Shown here: positions 27,651 to 38,474 of the stretch, one piece after another | Layout of the letters: each line of letters begins with the position of its first letter | How positions within the stretch are numbered: the stretch's first letter is position 1 | From: Oculina patagonica | Taxonomy: Eukaryota | Direction: 5' to 3' | Assembly: GCF_052425735.1 (NCBI RefSeq) | Contig: NC_135759.1 | Span: 5,456,001-5,520,000 of the forward strand | Length of the DNA stretch: 64,000 bases | Made by a program: the position numbers and the translations under genes | The notes under the pieces: model-generated | Seen by the model: the letters and a program-made list of their open reading frames with translations, nothing else | Told to the model about the DNA's origin: nothing | The model's database searches: none

Positions 27651-27972
27651 GCCGCCCAAGTGAGTCTTTATGTAGAAATATAGCATGATAAATTTTGCAT
27701 AACTGAAAAACTCGGAAAAAAATTCCGAGTACCAGATGGGATTTGAACCCACGACCCTCCGTGTTCTAGGACGGATGCTCTACCACTGAGCTACTGGGAC
27801 TCTGTGGCGAGCAAGGGTGAAATGTGGGTCTTGACTAGAACCGCATCACGCAGTCACATAGTCAAATCAGTACAAGTACACATACATAGGACTCATAACT
27901 GCATCGCGCAGTCACATTAAAGCATACTTGAGATGCAACCATCCCGCCGCCCAAGTGAGTCTTTATGTAGAA
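27651..27972 (-). mobile_element. tRNA-headed repeat bounded by 27-bp direct repeats
   Basis: gccgcccaagtgagtctttatgtagaa at 27651 and 27946. Minus strand has TAGCTCAGTGGTAGAGC...GGTTCAAATCCC. Confidence 0.6.
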
Positions 27973-28827
27973 TTAATATACAATCTTCGTTCACTGTCCA
28001 AAATCCACGCGCGCAATTGGTTAAAATAGATCACGTGATTTTGCTTTACCTGTCGTCAGCAAACTCCGACAGTGCAGTATTGACAATAATGCACACAAAT
28101 CGTGCATTATTGAAATGTCTTCAGCTTCAAGGCTTGTAGAAGTGGAAGAAAAATATATTCTTCAAATTATCAACGATCCAATACCAAACAAAATCGAAGA
28201 GGATAACAACTTGAAGCGCTTTTATGTTCAAAGGTAAACTGCAGCTCAATAAATAGATTTTTGTGTGCGATTGACTTGCTTGTAGTTGCTTGATTGTGAA
28301 AGCCATCGACTTGCTGACTGTTTCACTGCTGTTTTTATGAACGACCACAGCTGATGGACGACTTTACGAACCATTTTAAGCTTTATTTCTGTACGGGTTA
28401 TTTGTGAATTTTATACTATTGATGTTATCCCGTGTAATTATGTACTACTAGACTTCTTTAATACTTTTAAACACAAAGCTTATTGTTTGAAGGTTGTTAA
28501 GTCGATGATCGTTTGCAGTGTACTCAGATTGTATATTAAAAGGGTTAGAGTCTGTCCGTTCGTGTTTTGTTGACAAATACACGCACTTGCTGGCCTCACA
28601 ATGAACTCGAAATTTTCAATACTGCACTCGGCTACGCCTCGTGCAGTATTGAACATTTCTCGTTCATTGTGCGGCCAGCGCGTGCGTGTATTTGTCAACA
28701 AAACACTCACAACAGTCTCTAACCCATAAATATAGCATGATAAATTTTGCATATGCAGTGTGGATATCATGCAATATGCAGTGTGGATGTGATTTCCGTT
28801 TGCGTAGAAATTGTCAAGTGTACTCAC

Positions 28828-28972
28828 ATAATTTGATCGTGTCTCGACACTTGATGGTTCCAGCTCTAAAGCCTGTTTCCAAGCTAGTTCAGCCTCTTTT
28901 AACTGCTTATTGTGGTAATACAATACTCCAAGCAACTGCAAAGTACTTGGTTCCCGTTTTATCGACAAAGCT
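28828..28972 (-). CDS. TMTC1: TMTC1-like exon
   Basis: ttgcag|(R)ALSIKREPSTLQLLGVLYYHNKQLKEAELAWKQALELEPSSVETRSNY|gtgagt. Confidence 0.85.
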
Positions 28973-29507
28973 CTGCAAAAACAAAGAACATAACTTTTGC
29001 TTTAGAGAATCCGTGGATTATCTTAACGAAATGTAGGTTGGATCGTGTTTGACTAAGGGTTTAGGTAGGACTAGTTCGAGCCCGTTCCATCTTTAAGAAG
29101 CGCCTGCAGGGAATCTTGATACGTGTATTCAACACGACACCATTTTGACCTGTTTTTTTTTTTAATGCAACTAAAACTATTCCTTCGGCTGTTAAGTCTA
29201 AAGGAGCGAACTGGCCATTGCACTACTACAACGTGGACGAGTAAAAGATCCCTTGGACTGCGTCAGGACGTCTGATAGCGAGTGCAGCTATTGATCCAGT
29301 TGAATGAAGAAGGTCGAGAAGAGTGAAACTGGAAGATAAAGTAGGAACTCAAAAAAAGTGAGAGTAAATGTATCTGGGCTCTCCATGAAGTACATACTCA
29401 GTCAAGCAACATAACTGATTTGAATAATAGATGAAAACTCTTGTATGCTTTGGTCAGTAGAAGTTAAAGCATAAAAAAAAACGCAAGACCCCACAGTTTC
29501 AAACATT

Positions 29508-29583
29508 CTACAATAGAATCCCGATTTCTTGAAGCAATTTCCCTTCCCCTGCATGAGGTTCAAGAAATCGGGATTCTTCTGTA
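29508..29583. repeat. Tiny palindromic MITE
   Basis: tacaatagaatcccgatttcttgaa / ttcaagaaatcgggattcttctgta. Confidence 0.6.
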
Positions 29584-29724
29584 CTTTTGTGTAAAGATAT
29601 CATGTTTCATTTTTTTATGATTCAAAGGTGGAAACAAAATTCTGAATCAAGACACATCCAGGAATTACATTATACAATCGATATTGTTAACTGTCGGGAT
29701 CTTGTTAACTGGCGGGATCCAAAC

Positions 29725-29860
29725 CTCTTGTAAGCTTGTTCTGCTTCCATAATGTTTCCTGCTGCACGCAGCTGTCGTCCCATGTTCACCAAAGCCACTG
29801 TGTGATTAGGATTGAGCTGCAGGGCAGTGATGTAATTTGCCAAGGCTTCAGCTGTTCGAC
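29725..29860 (-). CDS. TMTC1: TMTC1-like exon
   Basis: ctcaag|(G)RTAEALANYITALQLNPNHTVALVNMGRQLRAAGNIMEAEQAYK(R)|gtttgg. Confidence 0.85.
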
Positions 29861-30423
29861 CTTGAGGTATAAAACCAAAAGACAATCAAGTACATGCAAA
29901 CACTTCATCTAGTCATCGATTTGCCAAGAACGATTTTTTCAATTTCTTATCTGGTTCTTCCTATAACGAAAAAATGTGGGTTTTACACATCAAATGTAAT
30001 CTTGACTGTCATACTGTGAAAGCTCTTCTAAGTAACCCCCACCCATCCCTAGATAGTAACAGTAACAAGGCAAATGCACTTTCAATGGTATTCATCCTCC
30101 ACGACATTTACTTATTATTGTTGCTTTTTTGTGAGAATGTGTTACAAAACAGGACTAAAACATTAAAACATTCACTATATTTCTTCTTTATGAAACCCAA
30201 CTGAAATATGACTTGCAATAAGTCCCCGGTCTCTGTAAGCCCCCATGTCCCCCCCTCTCCCCCTCCCAAAAAAAGCTCTTAAATTAATAAGCACCCGGCC
30301 AGCTTTTACGGTTCTTCAAGTAGTAATCGCTTACACCAAAGCTAAAACCACGACAACTGTTGTCTTTCCCATATGTTAGAACAGTATGTGAACAGCAACT
30401 CTCATGTAATCTTTCTTGCTTAC

Positions 30424-30584
30424 CCCTGTTGCCAAGGAAAACTGCATAATTGTTGTACGCATCACCGTTGTTGGGTTCTAAAGTCAACGCTTTTTTGTAA
30501 AACTCTTCAGCTTCATCGTACTTCTGTTGGTCACTGAGCACACCAGCAGTGTTCATCACAGCATCCAAATAATTTGGTTTTAAC
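30424..30584 (-). CDS. TMTC1: TMTC1-like exon
   Basis: tgtcag|(R)LKPNYLDAVMNTAGVLSDQQKYDEAEEFYKKALTLEPNNGDAYNNYAVFLGNR(G)|gtaagc. Confidence 0.85.
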
Positions 30585-31107
30585 CTGACAAAGAAAGTAT
30601 CTACCCAATCAAAATAAGCCTTTCGTAGTTTGGAAGAATATGGAAGGTATAACTTTGCAACATCAAGTAAAGCCCTCAAATTTTAATAGAGCCAAGTGTC
30701 GACTTTGGTTGGTCCGAACTTGTACGCACTTACGTCGAGATCAAACTGAAATAGCTTTTTTGGCAAATAGCGTGCACTTGTGAGTAAACTAGCGAGCTCG
30801 TTTGGTGACTCAGCGCAACTCTGTTAAGTCAGGGCTTTAAACTGTGTAGGGCAATCTTTATCTACGTCTGCAGCTTTTGACTATTATCATTTAGCGAGCA
30901 CTACTACTATCTATTGAAAATCAAATTGAGTACAGCAAATTCAAAGACGCGCTAAATTGGCTTCTGTGGTATTTAGTGCCTGTGGTAAATTTGACGGTAG
31001 CACGCACAGCTCTAGAAACGTCTGGACATATCGCAACCATTTTCAATCAGTAGAAAGGATAACTTGTAGACGCCATGTTATAAATTGCAGTAGGTTTTCT
31101 GTTTTAC

Positions 31108-31154
31108 CTGATTGCTTCTTTTAACATTGCTTCTGCTTCAGACAAGCGCTTTAA
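31108..31154 (-). CDS. TMTC1: TMTC1-like 51-nt exon, 3' part (5' part at 37937-37940, separated by a transposon)
   Basis: Removing 31155-37936 restores ttttgtttag|G TCT TTA AAG CGC TTG...ATC AG|gtaaaa = SLKRLSEAEAMLKEAI(R). Confidence 0.8.
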
Positions 31155-32757
31155 GAACGACTTTCAGCAGATTTCAATCAAAAAATTGATTTAGCGGCAG
31201 AAATTGGAAAAATCGATTTCCCTCATTTTTTGTCCACAAATAGCCTTTAGCTAGCCTTGAAATTTGATGTAGTTTTTTTCGTCTCAAAGCGCTTTACATC
31301 CGTGAAAAACAAGAAAAGGGAATTTCGCCCACAAGATCGCCAAAAATGGCCGAATACAAAGCTAAAATTTGGCAACCTAAGTTGTAATTTAGTTCGCGTG
31401 CAAAGAAGAACTTGAATTTTTGGATACGTTTTCTTGAAAGGCAAGGTATTCAGCTTCTAAAAATAGGTAATAACTTGACTTGACCTTCATTCGAGAATTA
31501 ATTACAAATTTTGTAAAAATACCTTTATTTACTTATGGGAAAATCCCTAATTTATTGATAAAGTTCAGAATTTTTTTTCGCCATGTGCCATAACTCCAAA
31601 TTTCTTCAAACTTCGGCTGTGGAACCATTTTATGCTGTTATAAATTATGTATAAAATTCAGCATGGGTTTTCTTTCGAGAGATTTTCGAGGCGCCGCTGA
31701 ATTAACCAAATTTTAACGAAATTATCAGCAAATGTAAACAATGGTTGCTGGTTGTTCATTTCAGCGGGCTTGTTGAAACATCCAATATATCTTTTGAAAT
31801 TCCTTTACAAACATATCTCCGTTCTTAAGATATAAATTGGTTCTTGAAATTAAAAAATCATGGCAAAAAATTCATTCTTGGATAAAACACTGTCATTAAT
31901 AGAAGAAATATTTATTTTACCCGTACGTCGGTAATTAATTTGGTGGTCGGCATTTCGTGATTTCTGTAGATTCCTTGTCGCCGTAATGTAAACAGTATGT
32001 GTATAAAACTGCTTCGTGAACGAACGCTGTTAAAAAGGATGGCAAGATTATTTAATGTATTTGGCAGATAAGATGCTAATAAAATGCTTACCTTTAAAAC
32101 ACGATATGTAAAACACATCACTCAGGATACTTTGGCGTACTTTTTACATTTGGTCGTGATAATGATCTTGATTGACGTTTTCAAATTAGAAAACCTTGAT
32201 ACTAGCGCGGGAAACGCTTAGAACGCGAGTTTGAAGGAAACGTGTTTTTTATCATTATTTCTGTATGGAAGCGAAGTGTTCTTTTAGCGCTATTGTCGGA
32301 GATTCCTGCACCTACGAGCGAAGAGATAAGGCGAAGAAGACAGAAGTTATTCCGTTGTTATACTGTACTTGAGAAATAGCGGGACATAAGTCTACATGGG
32401 GGATCTCAGATGTCGAAACAGAGGTTGATTTGATTCTTGCCAGAGCAGCAGTTTTTTCCTTTCCTGAAAACATTGGTCAGTTCACTATTTGTCCCTACCA
32501 CCGATCTTCCTTGGGAACTGGATGGCGCCGTGGATCTCAGCGATGCCAGGTTCCTGAGAAATTATCGGGCCATAGCGAAGATAGAAGAGAGATGGCCTAA
32601 AGCAGAGAGAGGCCTTGGAAAACGGGGAGCAAAGTTGATACATCAGAGAACAGGTGTATTTGTTGCCGTCGGATCAGGTTTGTACAGATTACAATGAACA
32701 TACATAGCTATTAAACAAGTAGTAATTTCCTTTACAAACTAAAGATCATTTTCGTAA

Positions 32758-32992
32758 GGGACGGACCATTATTTTCTTGGAGGGGGGGGGGGGGGGATGA
32801 AAAATATTGAAAAAAATTGTTTGCAGGGCCTGGAAAGACAAAATAAATTGTTTGCAAGAACGATATGTATAACAAAAAATAGTAAGAATTTCGAAAAAAA
32901 AATGTTTGCAGAGGTGCATAAACTAAAAAAAAAAAGTTTGCAGAGGAAAATTTTTCATCCCCCCCCCCTCCAAGAAAATAATGGTCCGTCCC
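32758..32992. mobile_element. PIF/Harbinger-type MITE
   Basis: TIRs gggacggaccattattttcttggagggg / cccctccaagaaaataatggtccgtccc; TAA on both sides. Confidence 0.8.
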
Positions 32993-34107
32993 TAAACAAA
33001 AAAATTCATACTCTGAGGGATATGCCAGCCTGGTCACGTGACTTTGTTGTCAAAAGTAGTTCTTCTCATCACACGGGAAAAAACAAACACTGATGACAAT
33101 GTCCCATTCAATGTTAATATTGATTTGAATTTTTATTTGTTTTAGGTGTTTGTCAGAACTGTCGTATTTTACTTTCAAAACTGGATTGTGAAGCAGAATC
33201 TACAACAGAAAGCAGAGAGGCACTTGCTGAAGAGCTTAGTGACGAAACAGAAGTGCTCGTCCCCATGGAGAATCTAACCATAGTGAGTCTCTAATACTGA
33301 GCCCTTTTCTCCTTTTTTGTACTGAGCGTGGTAAACAGTGTAAAACAATTCTAGACAAGATACTACTAGTGTAAAATCCGAAAGCCCCAACCCCCCCCCC
33401 CCTCGTCCAGGAAAGCCCCTCTCTCCAAGAAATAAGTTCCCTAAAAACCTGACGCAAGAACCTTTCAGATAATAAGCGCTCCCGATTTAAAGCCAAGAAA
33501 GTACAATTTTTCGGATTATAGGCTGCTGCTGTGGAGGTTGTTTTGTTAGTTATAACAAAAAATGCCCCCCCCCCCCCTACCCCACTAAACGACTAAACGA
33601 ACTGTTTGGGGTTTTAAAGTGTTAAATTTAAAAAGCTTTGCCTTCTGGTATTGTATACCCCAAAAAGAGAACGTACGGAATCACGTCCCAATAGAAACGC
33701 AAATGCATTGCAAACATCCGTATAAAAAAAACCTCGCCTCCCCTCTCCCCCCCCCCCCCCCCCCGCATCGTATGTAAGCCCTCCCCGGAAGTAAGCCCAT
33801 TTGAAAAAGAAATACAACTGCTTACAGAATTTCAATAAAAACTCTATCTATTGGTTGTTTACTCACAGGAAAATTAGATTTTGAAATAAAAAAAGGCGTG
33901 GCACCATACTGGGGATTCCACTCTACCCTGAGAATATTTTGCCGGTTTTTTTTTGCGATCTCTGTTGCCTAAAAGAAGTACCTAAACCACGACCGACAGG
34001 AAGCGTGTCTCTTCCTATGGGCTGGGCATTGCGGTCGTCGCAAGCTAAAAGAACTAGATTCAATACTAGTCAGAGAGATTACTTGACAAAGAAATTCGAT
34101 CTTGGAG

Positions 34108-35452
34108 TGTTACGCCGCATATTGTAATAATCGCCGCAAAATGTAATACTAACGCAAAATGTAATAACAATCGCCGCAATATGTAATAATAGCGCAAAAT
34201 GTAATAAAATTAACGCAAAATGTAATAAAGTCGTTAACGCAAAATGTAATAACTTTCGAAGCAAAATGTAATAAATTTTCTAACGCATAATGTAATAACG
34301 CAAAATGTAATAACACTAAAATAACATGTTTGTTTCCTGAATTAAGCGAATTGTACTCAATAATTAACCTCGTGTATTCCATATAGCAACTGCCCCTCCC
34401 AGACCTATTTCTTTCTGGCAGTTACTTTAGATATGAATTTTTTTATCCCCGTCAACCCCGCTGTCCTTTTAGATCGGATTTGGGAGGAGATGGAGCCTTG
34501 ACTCTGAACTGTCAAAAGGTTGGGTCTGTTTTGTACATTAAAATGTAACAAATCAAACGTGTTTCATTGGAGCTGGTAAAACTGGCCTCTTAGCATTCGA
34601 GACAAGTGAAAACAGAAAGTGAGCGGTTTAAAAAATACACCCCCCCCCCCAAATCCGTCATAATAGCAAAACAGATACAAGCAAATAGTCGTCTATGTTG
34701 TCAATCGTACGTCAGTTTTTGTCACCGACAATCCTATGCAATTTACACTTTCTCATCGAAGAAGGTAAACAAGAACGTTAAAGTGAATGGTTAATAAGAT
34801 CCCTGACAACAAGAATACTTTGTCCTCTGCCTTTTCCAGTAAACTTGGGAAATATAAAACACACACTGATTTCATAATATTATCAACTTGAAACTTATTA
34901 CAATCACCGAAAACTTCCTTTTTCCGACGTTATCTCTCTAGTAAATCCATTCTAAAAACAAAACAGTCAGTGTCCACAGAATATTTCAGACCCTGCCAGT
35001 AGGCAGTCTAAATCCCACTTTGCATTGATTGTCAGAATTTATTTTATTTTTATTTTAAACTAAGAACACTCTATTTGTGGTCTGTTTTGTCGAGGAATAT
35101 CCCAAGTATGCAAGTTTAGTTAGACTGGAGCTTTTCTTAAAGCAAAGGAAGGGTACGCCTATAATGCCGAATTCGCATAAAACCAACAAAAGTTAATGTC
35201 ACTGAGCTTGGCTACACGATTTCAAAATATATATAAATTTTAGAGTTATTACATTTTGCGTTATTACATTACGCGTTAGAAAATTTGTTACATTTTGCGT
35301 TAAAAAGTTATTACATTTTGCGTTAACAACTTTATTACATTTTGCGTCAATGTTATTACATTTTGCGTTATTATTACATTTTGCGGCAATCGTTATTACA
35401 TTTTGCGTTAGTATTACATTTTGCGGCGATTATTACATTTTGCGGCGTAACA
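34108..35452. mobile_element. TGT...ACA non-autonomous element with 5-bp TSD (Ginger2-like) and subterminal GCAAAATGTAATAA arrays
   Basis: TSD tggag at 34103-34107 and 35453-35457. Excision restores the host frame FDLGETSGRKADP. Confidence 0.8.
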
Positions 35453-36369
35453 TGGAGAGACATCAGGGCGTAAAGCAGATCCAGACTCTGTTGCAAGAGC
35501 CATGATGACAGCCAGGGACAGTGAAGGGAATCGTTTCTTTACAAGCGCCGAGTTTCTGACTTCCAAGCAGATAGCAAGCTTTTTTAGTCGCCTGGCTGCT
35601 AAGCGACGCCGGCAAGATGTAGCAGATGTTAGTGATGAGGAAGTGGACAACGCAGAGAGGGAGAGTGCCCTTCAAGAGTTGACCAATACAGTCATGCAGG
35701 AAGTGTCGCTGGAGCATCCAATAGTTTATGACTGCTATAACCTATGTGAACTCGTCCGTTCCTCGAAGCTGTCTTCTTTTGCTATTCAAATGCTAAAAGA
35801 AATCTGCAATCACTTTGAAATCGACACCAGTCATATTAAGGTGAAACGAAAGAAGTAATACGTGGATCTCTTGGTTTCTTTTTCGAAGAATTGTTCCTGC
35901 CAGAAGTAACTGTGACCAACATTGTTCAAGGCCAGGAAGAATATATACTCGCTTTCTTTATATAAGAACCTTTAATTTTTTTAAGAACGTCGATGCTGGA
36001 GACAACGAATTTTATTTCAAATCAGGTACGAAATAATTTTTTTTTTCAGGAGCCATCGATAATGGCCCCTGATCATTTCAAATTCGATTATGGCTCTGAT
36101 CTTTTTAAATTTCTGACCTGAAACCACCAACAATTTGCATTACTAAGTAAACTAGCGACGTAAATATGTACATTTCAGTAAGGGATGAATTTACTGCAGT
36201 ACCAATTTCATAGGTGACGGAGCAGGGGACTGTATTCCCCCTCCCCAACAAAAAAGTGGGGCAAGCCCCCCCCCCTACCTCCACCCCCCTCCCATCTTTC
36301 AACAAAACTTCTCTTCCCAAAACGCTACTAGGAAAGGTCCACAACTTGTAAGATCGTATTTGAAATGGT

Positions 36370-36480
36370 GGCATCGGCGACTTCAAAGCAGACATGTTCT
36401 GCTCTCCGACGTCTTAAGAATTACCCCCAAAAAGCGCTATGAAGCAGGATCGTCTAAACCACCTAGTTCTTACCTATCGT
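36370..36480 (+). pseudogene. hAT transposase C-terminal dimerisation-domain remnant
   Basis: SALRRLKNY, a frameshift, then MKQDRLNHLVL. Confidence 0.5.
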
Positions 36481-37974
36481 TTATAGACACACAGTTGTTG
36501 AAATAATTTGGGAAGATTGAGTAGGGGTATGCGCCCACCTCAGTGGCGGGGGGGGGGGGGGGTAGGAATGGGCTTGGCTTGTTTCAAATGGCGCTCTGTT
36601 GCATCTGACTTTGGTTTTAAAATTTTTAAAAAGGGCATATCTTTCGGCCGAAAATTAGACGTTCTAATGTAGAAAAGAGGGTGTATCTTGGAATTAGCGT
36701 TACTTAACCGTGCAGCTTAATCGACTTCATGTCCACAGTGTATCCACTGCTTTATTCCATAGCTAACCATGTTTATACCCTAATTTTAATTCTTTCTGCC
36801 GGTTAACTCTTTCCATTGACCATCAAAAACTCGCGGTCTACTGAACAAAAAACCACGCAAAGATGTAGTTAAGTTTAATTTCGCTTCGTTCCTAAATATG
36901 TGTCGAACAGTTCAGTTTGTAATTTGATCATTTCTTACAGTGTTCTTTAATTTTCGCTATGTCACACAAAACTAAAAATTTTATACCATTTATTACTTGG
37001 AGTGTTTACGGAAGACCTTAGTTTTTACTTAACATTTGATTTGGAAAATCTTTCTTTCGGTATTGTGTTACTTTAAATGCATTAATTGCAGTGGTCCCAC
37101 AATACAAATTAGTTTATATTTTCGTCTTGCGACATGAAATCGACAACTCGTCAAGATATGTCTCACACTAGAGAAATTCATTCAGCTTGTTCCAGTTAAA
37201 TATTGTTACTTTGGCGCTAAAATCGAGTTTATTCTACCTGTATTTAGGAAACAAGATATTGGCTCATGAGTACTAAGAACTCGTAACACAACTGTCGGCT
37301 TAAATCGCCTTTTTTGACAAGACCGCTTGGCGCCAAAACACGGCAACAGTCCGCTGTTTACATTTGCTGATGTTATTTCGTTAAAATTCGGTTATTTCAG
37401 AGGCGCCTCAAAAATCTCTCGAAAGAGAACCCAAGCTGATTTTCCTACATAAGTTACAATAGCATAAAAGGGTTCCACAGCCAAAGTTTGAAGAAATTTG
37501 GAGTTATGGCACATGGCGAAAAAACATTCTTAATTTTATCCCTAAATAAAGGATTTTCACATCAGTAGATATCGGTATTTTTACAAAATTAGTAATTAAT
37601 TCTCGAATGACACTCAAGTCAAGTTATTACCTAATTTTAGAAGCTGAATACCTTGCCGTTCAAGAAAACGTATTCAAAAATTCAGGTTCTTCTTTGCACG
37701 CGAACAAAGTTAAAACTAAGGTTGCCAAATTTTAGCTTTGTATTCGGCCATTTTTGGCGATCTTGTGGGCGAAATTCCTTTTTCTAGTTTTTCACGGATT
37801 TAAAGCGCTTCGAGACGAAAACAACTACATCAAATTTCAAGGCTAGCTAAAGGCTATTTGTGGGCAAAATATGAGGGAAATCGATTTTCCAATTTCTGCC
37901 GGCCGATATTTGAAATTTGCTGGAAGTCTTTCTTAAAGACCTAAACAAAATACAAAGTTAACCAGTAATTAAAC

Positions 37975-38474
37975 NNNNNNNNNNNNNNNNNNNNNNNNNN
38001 NNNNNNNNNNNNNNNNNNNNNNNNNNNNNNNNNNNNNNNNNNNNNNNNNNNNNNNNNNNNNNNNNNNNNNNNNNNNNNNNNNNNNNNNNNNNNNNNNNNN
38101 NNNNNNNNNNNNNNNNNNNNNNNNNNNNNNNNNNNNNNNNNNNNNNNNNNNNNNNNNNNNNNNNNNNNNNNNNNNNNNNNNNNNNNNNNNNNNNNNNNNN
38201 NNNNNNNNNNNNNNNNNNNNNNNNNNNNNNNNNNNNNNNNNNNNNNNNNNNNNNNNNNNNNNNNNNNNNNNNNNNNNNNNNNNNNNNNNNNNNNNNNNNN
38301 NNNNNNNNNNNNNNNNNNNNNNNNNNNNNNNNNNNNNNNNNNNNNNNNNNNNNNNNNNNNNNNNNNNNNNNNNNNNNNNNNNNNNNNNNNNNNNNNNNNN
38401 NNNNNNNNNNNNNNNNNNNNNNNNNNNNNNNNNNNNNNNNNNNNNNNNNNNNNNNNNNNNNNNNNNNNNNNNNN
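37975..38474. other. Assembly gap (500 N)
   Basis: Run of N; the round length suggests a scaffolding spacer. Confidence 0.99.

Larger units (their letters stand above)
32265..35909 (+). pseudogene. Degenerate transposon gene of the long-TIR element (N-terminal Cys/His region and C-terminal helical region; catalytic core not seen)
   Basis: N-terminal piece MEAKCSF...LILARAA...ICPYHRSSLGTGWRR...VGSG|intron|VCQNCR has stops and frameshifts. C-terminal piece GWALRSS..RFNTSQRDYLTKKFDLGETSGRKADP...QIASFFSRLAAKRR is recovered once 34108-35457 is removed. Confidence 0.65.
31155..37932 (+). mobile_element. Long-TIR, TTAA-TSD DNA transposon (Sola3-like, tentative), decayed, with nested insertions
   Basis: TTAA at 31151-31154 and 37933-37936. 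About 590 bp of imperfect TIRs (31155-~31740 versus ~37350-37932). Internal broken ORF pieces. Confidence 0.8.
22135..37940 (-). other. TMTC1: TMTC1-like protein O-mannosyltransferase gene, 3' (TPR) part; one exon disrupted by a transposon; 5' part not in this contig
   Basis: Eight exons with consistent splice phases spell tandem TPRs that follow the TMTC1 C-terminus from memory (NNYAVFL, P.H.VA.VN.GR, LG.LYY, L.F..GN, NLAKL.RLE). Confidence 0.8.

Noticed and set aside
31140-31175. Idea that the long-TIR element is spliced out precisely as an intron
   Set aside because: There is no GT/GC donor at its minus-strand start, and the nearest AG acceptors give a stop or a frameshift.
34108-34320. 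Regularly spaced GCAAAATGTAATAA repeats resembling a CRISPR or iteron array
   Set aside because: They are mirrored at 35245-35452 and bounded by a TSD, so they are subterminal repeats of a transposon.
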